This document shows, piece after piece, positions 17,080-25,434 of a stretch of 64,000 nucleotides of DNA. The notes beneath the pieces were generated by a model. It made no database searches and was not told the DNA's origin. It was given only the letters and a program-made list of their open reading frames with translations. Position numbers and translations under genes: made by a program. How positions within the stretch are numbered: the stretch's first letter is position 1; the number at the start of each line of letters is the position of its first letter. This DNA is from an uncultured bacterium (lineage in GTDB: Bacteria > Pseudomonadota > Alphaproteobacteria > UBA8366 > JADFVY01). The stretch lies in NCBI GenBank assembly GCA_965603635.1, contig CBFDDT010000004.1, positions 927 through 64,926 of the forward strand, written 5' to 3'.

Positions 17080-19044
17080 ATGACCGCACAGTTCCCCGAC
17101 CTCTTCTCGCCGATCCGCATCGGCGGCGTTGAAATCCGCAACCGTATCCTGTCGACCGGCCACGATACCGCGCTGTCGCATGACGGGCTGGTAAGCGACC
17201 GGTTGATTGCCTATCAGCGGGCGCGCGCCGCCGGTGGCGCCGGGTTGATCGTCGTCCAGGTTTCCGGCATTCACGAGACCGCGCGCTATACCTCGCACCT
17301 GCTGATGGCAACCAGTGACGATTGCATCCCCGGCTATCGCGCGCTGGCCGAGGCGGTGCACGAACATGGCGCCCGCATCTTCGGCCAGCTGTTCCATCCG
17401 GGCCGCGAGATTATGGAGGGACAGGACGGATCGATCCCGGCGGCCTACGCCCCGTCGGCGGTGCCGAACGAGCGTTTCCATGTCATGCCGGTGCCGCTGT
17501 CGAAGACGATGATCGACGAAATCGTCGCCGGCTACGGCGCCGGTGCGCGGCGCATGAAGGCGGCCGGCTTCGACGGCTGCGAGATCGTTGCCTCGCACGG
17601 CTATCTGCCGTCGCAATTCCTGAACCCCCGCGTCAACCTGCGCGAAGACGAGTATGGCGGACCGCCGGAAAACCGCCTGCGTTTCCTGCGCGAGATCGTC
17701 GCCGCCGTGCGCGCCGAGGCGGGACCGGATTTCGTAACCGGCCTGCGCATCTGCGGCGAGGAATACGGCGCCGGCGCGCTGGAGCCGGGCGAGGTTATCG
17801 ATCATTGCCGCATGCTGGACGGCGACGCCGGCGGGTTCGACTATTACAACGTGGTCGCCGGCAGTTCGGCGTCGCATCATGGCGCCATCCATATAGTGCC
17901 GCCGATGACGGTCGATACAGCCTATGTGGCGCCCTTCGCGGCGGCGATGAAGGCGGCGGTGGGCAAGCCGGTGCTGGTGGCCGGGCGGATCAACCAGCCG
18001 CAGATCGCCCAGCAGGTTATCGCTTCGGGCCAGGCCGACATGTGCGGCATGACGCGCGCCCTGATCTGCGATCCCGAAATGCCCGCCAAGGCAATGGCCG
18101 GGCGGGCCGACGACGTGCGCGCCTGCATCGGCTGCAATCAGGCCTGCATCGGCCATTTTCACCGCGGCTATTCGATTTCCTGCATCCAGCATCCCGAAAC
18201 CGGGCGCGAGCTGACGCTGGGCCGCCGCGAACCCGCCGCCCCGCCGCGCCACGTCCTGGTCGCTGGCGGCGGCCCGGGCGGCATGAAGGCCGCCGCGGTG
18301 CTGGCCGAACGCGGCCACAAGGTTACCCTGTGCGAGGCCGGACCACAGCTTGGCGGCCAGGTGCTGCTGGCGCAACTGATCCCGGGGCGCGCCGAGTTCG
18401 GCGGGCTGGTCACCAACCTGACACGCGAGATGGAGCTGGCCGGCGTGGAGGTTCGCCGCAATACCCCTGTCGACCGCGCGCTGGTTGACAGCCTGGCGCC
18501 CGACGCTGTGGTCGTCGCCACCGGCGGCAAGCCCTACTGGCCGGATTTCGAGCGCGGCGACGACGTCCATGCGGTCGACGCCTGGCAAGTGCTGCGCGGC
18601 GAGGCCAATGTCGGCGCCTCGGTGGTGATCGCCGACTGGCGCTGCGACTGGATCGGCATCGGCCTGGCCGAGAAGCTTGCGCGCGGCGGCTGCCGGGTGC
18701 GGCTGTGCGTCGCCGGCACCGTGGCGGGAGAGTCGATCCCGTTCTATGTGCGCGACGATTCAGCCGGTAAGCTGCATGCTCTTGGCGTCGAGGTCATCAC
18801 TTATGCGCGTCTGTTCGGCGCCGATGGCGACAGCGTCTACATGCAGCATATCAGCTCCGGCGAGCCGATCGTTTTCGACGGCGTCGATACGCTGGTACTG
18901 TCCCAGGGACATGCCCGCGACACCGCGCTGGCGGACGCGCTGGACGGTTATCCCGGCGAGGTCCATATCATCGGCGACGCGCTGACCCCGCGCACCGCCG
19001 AGGAAGCCGTATTGGAAGGCCTGAAAGTCGGCGCCACGCTCTAA
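17080..19044 (+). CDS. NADH:flavin oxidoreductase (Old Yellow Enzyme family with Fe-S and FAD domains)
   Basis: LFSPIRIGGVEIRNR, RAAGGAGLIV, HGYL..QFL.P..N.R.DEYGG, CIGCNQAC cluster motif, VAGGGPGG. Confidence 0.92.
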   Translation: MTAQFPDLFSPIRIGGVEIRNRILSTGHDTALSHDGLVSDRLIAYQRARAAGGAGLIVVQVSGIHETARYTSHLLMATSDDCIPGYRALAEAVHEHGARIFGQLFHPGREIMEGQDGSIPAAYAPSAVPNERFHVMPVPLSKTMIDEIVAGYGAGARRMKAAGFDGCEIVASHGYLPSQFLNPRVNLREDEYGGPPENRLRFLREIVAAVRAEAGPDFVTGLRICGEEYGAGALEPGEVIDHCRMLDGDAGGFDYYNVVAGSSASHHGAIHIVPPMTVDTAYVAPFAAAMKAAVGKPVLVAGRINQPQIAQQVIASGQADMCGMTRALICDPEMPAKAMAGRADDVRACIGCNQACIGHFHRGYSISCIQHPETGRELTLGRREPAAPPRHVLVAGGGPGGMKAAAVLAERGHKVTLCEAGPQLGGQVLLAQLIPGRAEFGGLVTNLTREMELAGVEVRRNTPVDRALVDSLAPDAVVVATGGKPYWPDFERGDDVHAVDAWQVLRGEANVGASVVIADWRCDWIGIGLAEKLARGGCRVRLCVAGTVAGESIPFYVRDDSAGKLHALGVEVITYARLFGADGDSVYMQHISSGEPIVFDGVDTLVLSQGHARDTALADALDGYPGEVHIIGDALTPRTAEEAVLEGLKVGATL

Positions 19045-19464
19045 CTGGACGCGCCGGCAAGGTCCGCCAGCGTCGCGACCTCTTCCACCTCGCGATGGTC
19101 CATGATGAAGCGGGGGCTGTCGTCCATAAAAAAGTGAGTGTGCAGCATCAGCGAGTCGGCGTCGGCCAGCACCAGCCCATAGGCCGGCGGCTCGTGATTG
19201 CCGGGGCTCAACACGCGTTCTTCGAACTGCAATTCGGCCTGGTGCACGGTCGACGGCAGGGTGGAGACCGGAATGCCGCGCCACGAACCCGAAATCACCC
19301 GGTGGGCATGGTCAAAGAAGATATGCCGCACCCACCCATGCGCGGTCAACCGCGGCGCCAGCGCCTCGCCATTCATCATCCTGATGCTGTCCAGCGGCGG
19401 CAGGCCGATATCGAAGGGCGGGTGGTGGACGAAAATCAGCAGGTCGCCGGGCGTCCGGCGCAGA
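19041..19464 (-). pseudogene. C-terminal fragment of a CpdA/GpdQ-like metallophosphoesterase
   Basis: LIFVHHPP, HIFFDHAHR (GHxH altered to DHAH), PSTVHQ, EPPAY; N-terminal DxH, GD and GNHD motifs missing. Upstream boundary approximate. Confidence 0.7.
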
Positions 19465-19619
19465 TCGGTCTTTTCGCAGCTGGCGATGACGAGGCCGAAA
19501 TGTTTATGGGACTCGGGCAGCGGGCTGTCGGCGGAAAAACCCGCGCCGCCGTTTCCGTAATTGCGGCGGCGTTTCATCGCGGTTTCCTCTTGTGAGTTGC
19601 AGGCTTGGCGCAGCGTGCG

Positions 19620-19800
19620 GACATATTTGAATATTAATAATTAAAATAAATAAACACCACCAATAAGACATAGTTAATTTATAGTAAATATCGAAAATAA
19701 GAACGAAAATTGTTTCGATACGGCGTGCGAGTCGGGAGTATTTATTGTATTTTATTTGTAGTTAGATAATTATATGAATACAAAAAATTATGTATGGGGG
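19620..19800. other. AT-rich intergenic island upstream of the DUF3238-like gene
   Basis: Runs such as ATATTAATAATTAAAATAAATAAAC and TTTATTGTATTTTATTTG contrast sharply with the GC-rich background. Confidence 0.8.
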
Positions 19801-21258
19801 TTGCATATGGCTAACCATATACGCATTGGATCAATTCAGAACAGGTCGGATTATTTTGGGGGCCGGCCGTGTTTCGCCGCCGGCCTTGGCGCGTGGCGGA
19901 TGACCGTGCTTGCGATTACCCTGGTTACCCTGATTCCGTTGGCGGCCGGACCGGCGCAAGCCGGGGAAACATTCGTTGATTTCGAAAAATACACCGGGCC
20001 AAGAGACTTCACAAACAATTCCCAGATCATAACCGCCGGACCGGCGAAATTCTCCGGCGGGCAGGTGCTGACCAATGCGAGGCGGATATATGCGCCCAGA
20101 AATATAAGCGTCAACGCGACCAGCGTATACGCGGCCAGGAACCCGACTGCGGTTACAATCGAATTCGACGAGCCAGCCTCCGAAATCAGCATGCAGGTCA
20201 TGAACCGCCGCACGGATGCCGTCATAGAGTTCACAGCCGACTTCACAGACGGTTCGACGGCCGTTTACAGGATCTCCGTGAGTGCCTATTTCAGATCGGG
20301 TTCCGTCAGGCATGTGACACTGCCGTTCTCCGATGTCCGCAAAATCACCGTGAAGGCGCCCTGGCATCGCTTTGCTTTCTTCAGACGATGGAATTTCGCC
20401 ATCGACGGTGTCGGCTTTACGACCGGTAGCGGCGAATATGCGGTCAGTTTCAGCGCCTTTGTGCCGCACAACAGCGTCCCGGGCGGGCCGACCGCGTTCT
20501 GTGTTTCCAGTGCTGAAAACTGGCTGCCGCCCGGCCTGGCGCGGACCGGCCGGTTGCCGGCAAACAACGCCCGCTGGGCTCGCGATGGCGGCTTCACGCC
20601 GGCCAAACGCCGGCTGCGCGGTCTCGGCGGCGGCGGCGAGACGAACAGCGGGCCTACGGACAATCGGCGGACACTCTATTTTGCCGGCGACGATCGTGCG
20701 TTCGAGGCGCTGGCGCCGACCTTCCGGCTGCGCCAGCTGGTGACGGCAATACCCGATGCAACCCTTGACCCTGACGGGATTGAGGACGGCAGCGTGCAAA
20801 ACCTGGCGGGAGAGATGCGGGCCTACGCCGCGGACGCCATGGTCGACGGGACCATCGATTCGGCCGACGACGACGGAATCGCCAACGACTGCAAGCTGTT
20901 CCACCAAGCGCATCTGGCGGAAACCGATCTCATGGACGTCACGGTCACGCGGACCGGCCCGAAAATACTCCAAATCCGGTTTTCCGGCACGCTTGACAGC
21001 CCCATGGTGGGGCCGGCGCAGGTTCTGGGCGCGATCGACTGGGATTTCACGCTTACTCTAGACACCTCCACCGAGCCGGGGGTGTGGGCCCTGTCCGGGG
21101 CGCATGACGGTTTCCCCGCTTACGAGATCTATATCAACGGCGCGGCCGTCTACCAATACGACCCAGGTGCGCCGCCCTACGAATTCGCCAAGGACATGCG
21201 GAAGCTTTTGCCGCCACTCGATGTTGCGGTGACCACGGTTTCGGGAGACTTGCCATGA
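19774..21258 (+). CDS. Secreted two-domain protein: N-terminal beta-rich domain plus C-terminal DUF3238-like domain
   Basis: Signal peptide MTVLAITLVTLIPLAAGPAQA| (true start may be near 19900); C-terminal GDDRAF, AIDWDF and GAHDGFPAYEIYING resemble DUF3238. Confidence 0.65.
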   Translation: MNTKNYVWGLHMANHIRIGSIQNRSDYFGGRPCFAAGLGAWRMTVLAITLVTLIPLAAGPAQAGETFVDFEKYTGPRDFTNNSQIITAGPAKFSGGQVLTNARRIYAPRNISVNATSVYAARNPTAVTIEFDEPASEISMQVMNRRTDAVIEFTADFTDGSTAVYRISVSAYFRSGSVRHVTLPFSDVRKITVKAPWHRFAFFRRWNFAIDGVGFTTGSGEYAVSFSAFVPHNSVPGGPTAFCVSSAENWLPPGLARTGRLPANNARWARDGGFTPAKRRLRGLGGGGETNSGPTDNRRTLYFAGDDRAFEALAPTFRLRQLVTAIPDATLDPDGIEDGSVQNLAGEMRAYAADAMVDGTIDSADDDGIANDCKLFHQAHLAETDLMDVTVTRTGPKILQIRFSGTLDSPMVGPAQVLGAIDWDFTLTLDTSTEPGVWALSGAHDGFPAYEIYINGAAVYQYDPGAPPYEFAKDMRKLLPPLDVAVTTVSGDLP

Positions 21259-22121
21259 AAATCATCGGCGACGGACATAAGGGGAAATTCGGCTATGCAA
21301 TCCTGGCCGCGTTGATCAGCCTGGGCGTCGCCGCCAGCGGCGGGAACGCGAAGCCGGCGCCCAACGGCAACGCGCCCGCCAACAACGGGAATCCGTTCGA
21401 TCTGGCGGCGTTGCTGGAGGAAATCAGCTTGGTGCCGGAGGCCGACCACAGCCGCGCCGCGGACGCCTTCGTCATTGCCGTCCTCGGGTCGAGCATGAGC
21501 GCGGTGATCGACGCCGCGGGCCCCGCGCTCGGCGATTCCCGTGAGGAACAGCGCTACTATGCTCTGATCGGTCTCGGTGCGGCGGGGCTGGCCTCGACCG
21601 AAAACAGTGAGGAACTGTCGGGCGTCGCGCTGGCGCTGGTGAACGGCCTTTCCGACCAGGACGCGTCGGTGCGTGAGGCCGCGGCCGCGGCACTGGCCGC
21701 AATTCAGCCCTCCCCGCCCGACTGGGCGGCCGGCCCGCTGATAGATCTGCTCGACGATCCGGAACCGCGCGTGGCGTCGGCCGCGATGCGGGCGCTGGAG
21801 CGCCTGTCAGCCAACTATGTCGGACTCGGTGCGGTCTACGGGATGCTGGACCGCGATGGTCCGGCCAACCGTAGCCGTGCGGTCCGGGTTATCAGCGCGC
21901 AGGGCGCCGGAATCGGCGATATACAACCGGTCTGGGCGCTTGTCGAGACGCTGGACGATCCGGTCACCGGTGTGCGCTGGCAGGCCGCGACGGCGCTGGG
22001 CGACCTTGGACGCGAGGGTATCATCGGTTTGCGGGGCCTTCACGCGGTCAGCCGCGACAGGAACGAAGCACCGGCGGTCCGCCGCGCCGCCAAAACCGCG
22101 ATCAACACCATCCTTGACTAG
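21255..22121 (+). CDS. HEAT-repeat protein with signal peptide
   Basis: Repeats LSDQDASVREAAAAAL, LDDPEPRVASAAMRAL, LDDPVTGVRWQAATALG, AVRRAAKTAI; ATGA overlap with upstream gene. Confidence 0.85.
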   Translation: MKIIGDGHKGKFGYAILAALISLGVAASGGNAKPAPNGNAPANNGNPFDLAALLEEISLVPEADHSRAADAFVIAVLGSSMSAVIDAAGPALGDSREEQRYYALIGLGAAGLASTENSEELSGVALALVNGLSDQDASVREAAAAALAAIQPSPPDWAAGPLIDLLDDPEPRVASAAMRALERLSANYVGLGAVYGMLDRDGPANRSRAVRVISAQGAGIGDIQPVWALVETLDDPVTGVRWQAATALGDLGREGIIGLRGLHAVSRDRNEAPAVRRAAKTAINTILD

Positions 22122-22186
22122 AGTAATATCCGAGCAGAGCGGACCGGACCGAATCGGTTCAATCCGCTCGGACAAAATTTCTCTAG
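22118..22186. repeat. Single-palindrome inverted copy of the CTAG repeat (copy 3)
   Basis: CTAGAGTAATATCCGA...CGGTTCAATCCGCTCGGACAAAATTTCTCTAG matches the reverse complement of the right half of 1127-1267; left CTAG gives the HEAT gene stop. Confidence 0.75.
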
Positions 22187-22330
22187 AAAACGGCCGATTG
22201 GCTGGGTTGCAGTTCATTCCGGCCAGCCCGATTTCCCACAATACCCCCTCTGTAACCTGCGGAAAACCACTGGGCACGTGATTGTTCCCTTTCACAAGTG
22301 CCCGGTAAACCACGCCAAACTTGAAACGCT

Positions 22331-23881
22331 CTAGTACCACTTATCCGGCATCGAATTTTTCTTACGGGTCACGTAGTCGCGCAGCGCCTCGTCGATTCCC
22401 TCGTCCAGCGGCGGGGTCTCGTATTCGGCCAGCACCTTCTTCCAGGCCGCGCTCGCGCGAGTTCGGGCGTCGCGCGATCCCTGCTCTTCCCATTGCTCGA
22501 AGGGTGTGTTGTCGCTGAGCGACGGCTCGAAGAAAGCGGTCTCGTAGTTGGCCATGGTATGGGCGCAGTCGAAAAAATGCTTGCCGGGTCCGTTCTCGCG
22601 AAAGGCGTCCATGGCCAGAGCGTTATCGTCCAGCGCCAGGCCGCCCATGAAGACATGCATCATGCCCAGATGTTCGGAATCCAGCATGAATTTCTCGTAA
22701 TCCATGACCAGCGCGCCCTCCATCCACCCCGCGCCATGCAGGATGAAGTTCGCCCCGCACAGTACGGCCGGCATCAACGCATCCGCGCTTTCCTGACCGG
22801 CCTGGTAATCGGGGATCTTCGATGCGGTCAGCGCCCCGCCGCAACGCAATGGCACGCCCAGTCGCCGCGCGAGTTGCCCCACGGCCAGATTGGCCAGCGA
22901 CGGTTCCGGCATGCCGAAGGTAGGCGCGCCGCTCTTCAGCGACATGGAGCTTAGAAAATTACCGTAGACCACCGGCGCGCCGGGGCGCACAAGCTGGGTC
23001 AGCGCCACGCCGACCATGGCCTCGGCATGGGCCTGGGCGATGGCGCCCGCCGTTGTCACCGGCCCCATGGCGCCGCCCAGGATGAAGGGCACCACAACCG
23101 CGCACTGGTTGGCCGAGGCGTAAGCGCGCAAGGCGGCGGTCATGGTCAGGTCGCAGGTCAGCGGTGAGTTCATGTTGATGTTGCCCATGATCACGCAGTT
23201 TTCGTCTACGAAATCCGCGCCGAACAGGATACGGCACATCTCGATCGAATCCGCGGCGCGCTCGCCCGTGGTCACCGAGCCCATAAAGCCTTTGTCGGAC
23301 CAGCGCATATGGGCGTAGGTCATGTCCAGATGCCGCTTGTTCACGGGGATGTCCACGGGCTCGCAAATGGTGCCGCCGGAATGATGCAACCAGGGCGAGG
23401 CCCAGGCCAGTTTCACGAAATTCTCGAAATCAGCCATCGTGCCGTAGCGCCGGCCGCCTTCCATGTCCTGCACGAAGGGCGAACCGTAGGCCGGCGAAAA
23501 AACCGTATGGGAATGGCCGATCTTTACGTTGCGGGCGGGGTTGCGGGCATGCTGGGTAAAACAGGAGGGCGCGGTGGCGCGGATGATCGCCGGCAGCATG
23601 CCGCGCGGGAAGCGCACGCGTTCGCCCTGGACGTCGGCGCCCGCATCGCGAAACAGGCGCTGGGCCTCCTCATCCTCGCGAACCTCGAAGCCGACTTCCT
23701 GGAGGATGGTCTCGGCGTTCTCCTCCAGTTTGGCGAGCCCCTCCTCGCCGAGCAGTTCAAAGGTGGGGATGTTTCGCGTGATGTAGGCGGGCGCCGCGTG
23801 CACCATGCTGGCGGCGCGTTTCGCCTTTCGCCCGGCCCGGCCCCTTGTCGGCGCCTTGGCCTGATCTTGAATATCCTGCAT
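22331..23881 (-). CDS. Trimethylamine methyltransferase family protein (pyrrolysine-free MttB/MtgB-like)
   Basis: Start MQDIQDQ; FTQHARNPAR, PAYGSPFV, EPVDIPVNKRHLD, SMKSGAP-like (SLKSGAPTFG), ASKIPD.QA, HGAGWMEG; no in-frame TAG. Confidence 0.9.
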   Translation of the reverse strand: MQDIQDQAKAPTRGRAGRKAKRAASMVHAAPAYITRNIPTFELLGEEGLAKLEENAETILQEVGFEVREDEEAQRLFRDAGADVQGERVRFPRGMLPAIIRATAPSCFTQHARNPARNVKIGHSHTVFSPAYGSPFVQDMEGGRRYGTMADFENFVKLAWASPWLHHSGGTICEPVDIPVNKRHLDMTYAHMRWSDKGFMGSVTTGERAADSIEMCRILFGADFVDENCVIMGNINMNSPLTCDLTMTAALRAYASANQCAVVVPFILGGAMGPVTTAGAIAQAHAEAMVGVALTQLVRPGAPVVYGNFLSSMSLKSGAPTFGMPEPSLANLAVGQLARRLGVPLRCGGALTASKIPDYQAGQESADALMPAVLCGANFILHGAGWMEGALVMDYEKFMLDSEHLGMMHVFMGGLALDDNALAMDAFRENGPGKHFFDCAHTMANYETAFFEPSLSDNTPFEQWEEQGSRDARTRASAAWKKVLAEYETPPLDEGIDEALRDYVTRKKNSMPDKWY

Positions 23882-24211
23882 ATCCAGCCTCCCGCTTAAA
23901 TCGACGAATACAACGATACATGAAACCGGGCGCTGTCCCGCCGCGCCCGCGACGCGAATTATCGGTAGCGAGACATGCGAATTCGGGCTGGACAGCAAAA
24001 ATCTTTGTTTTCTATAACCACAACCCATTGCCAAGGCGCATTTCACGAGTATGTTCTAGTTCGGAAGGGTAACCGACATGGTTGCTCGGAGAATCTTCCC
24101 CCCGGCGGCCGGTTCGGCCAGCGGGCGGTTGCGGTGAAATAGCCGCAAGGACAAGCGGCGCGGGGAACGTCGCATCATGAGACATCCATTTTGCCAAAGA
24201 GGGGCGATAAT

Positions 24212-24808
24212 ATGAGTGCCATACTTACAAATCTGAGAAATACCGTGATTGCCGGCTTCGTCCTGGCAGCCGGCCTGTTTATGCTTTACTGGGGAGTGGA
24301 GGGATACAGCTCTACAGAATACAGCGTCTTCTTCTTTCGCTGGCTGCATGTGCTTTCGGGCGTGATGTGGATCGGCCTGCTGTGGTATTTCAACTTCGTG
24401 CAGATCCCGAACATGCCGAAGATTCCCGACGAGCAGAAGCCGGCGATCGGTAAGGTGATCGCGCCAGCCGCTCTGTGGTGGTTCCGCTGGGGCGCGATGG
24501 CGACCATCGTCACCGGCCTGATCGTCGCCATGATGAACGGCTATCTGATCGACGCGCTGACCATCGGCCTGATGGACGGCGTCGCCAAGCACACCATGAT
24601 CGGCCTCGGCATGTGGATGGGCATCATCATGTGGGCCAACGTCTGGTTCGTGATCTGGCCGAACCAGAAAATCGCGCTGGGCATGGTGGAAGCAACCGCG
24701 GAAGCGAAAGCCGCCGCCGGACGCACGGCCATGCTGTTCTCGCGCACCAACACGCTACTGTCGATCCCGATGCTGTTTGCCATGGTATCGGCGCAGAATC
24801 TGTACTGA
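24212..24808 (+). CDS. PuuD-like (urate hydroxylase N-domain) membrane protein without cytochrome c
   Basis: RWLHVLSGVMWIGLLWYFN, ALWWFRWGA, IMWANVWFVIWPNQK, SRTNT.LSIPML; no CxxCH. Confidence 0.8.
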   Translation: MSAILTNLRNTVIAGFVLAAGLFMLYWGVEGYSSTEYSVFFFRWLHVLSGVMWIGLLWYFNFVQIPNMPKIPDEQKPAIGKVIAPAALWWFRWGAMATIVTGLIVAMMNGYLIDALTIGLMDGVAKHTMIGLGMWMGIIMWANVWFVIWPNQKIALGMVEATAEAKAAAGRTAMLFSRTNTLLSIPMLFAMVSAQNLY

Positions 24809-24831
24809 TCGGCCATTCGATATTATGAACC

Positions 24832-24858
24832 GGGCGGGGTGCATCGCGCATCCCGCCC
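24832..24858. terminator. Hairpin terminator between convergent genes
   Basis: GGGCGGGGTGC-N5-GCATCCCGCCC followed by TTTT. Confidence 0.6.
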
Positions 24859-24870
24859 TTTTCATGCCTG

Positions 24871-25311
24871 TCAGGCGCCCGTGTCCGCGGTGAGGCCCGC
24901 CGCTTCCACACCGGCGACCGCGCAAATTTCGTCATTTTCACCGGTGTCGCCGGTGATACCGACCGCGCCGATTATCCGGCCGTCCGCATTCTTGATCAGC
25001 ACCCCGCCCGGCGAGGGCACCATGCGGCCGCCGGACATCGTCGCCAGCGCGTTGACGAAGCCCGGCGTGGTTTCCGACCGGCCGGTTATCACGCGGCCAC
25101 CGGCGCCGAAACCCAGGCAACCCCACGCCTTGCCCATCGCGACATCAGGCCGGATCAGGCTGGCGCCATCCTCGCGCTTCATCGCCTTCATGGTGCCGCT
25201 GTCGTCAAGTACGACGACGGTCAGCGGCATGAATCCCATTTCATGCCCCTTGGCGATGGCGGCATCCACGATTTTCGAAGCGGTTTCCAAATCGATGCTG
25301 TGTAGAAACAC
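24871..25311 (-). CDS. GlcG/HbpS-family heme-binding protein
   Basis: VVVLDDSG, R.DGA, KAWG, GGVLI...GRIIGAVGITG...DE.CA.AG. Confidence 0.88.
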   Translation of the reverse strand: MFLHSIDLETASKIVDAAIAKGHEMGFMPLTVVVLDDSGTMKAMKREDGASLIRPDVAMGKAWGCLGFGAGGRVITGRSETTPGFVNALATMSGGRMVPSPGGVLIKNADGRIIGAVGITGDTGENDEICAVAGVEAAGLTADTGA

Positions 25312-25434
25312 CTGCGTCTCCCTTGTATTGCCTTGCTGCTTGTTCGGTACCTTCCAGGTCGCAACAATAGGCGAATCCTGCTCTTGATCAACGGTTTCCG
25401 AGATTTATACGGCCGATGATGGTATTAGGATGCG

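Noticed and set aside
22331-23881. Pyrrolysine recoding in MttB
   Set aside because: The frame is open with no internal TAG and no pyl genes are in the window.
23890-24200. Possible cobalamin or glycine riboswitch upstream of mttB or the PuuD-like gene
   Set aside because: A hairpin (TTGCGG...CCGCAA) is present but I could not find the conserved B12-box or glycine aptamer cores; an Rfam scan would settle it.
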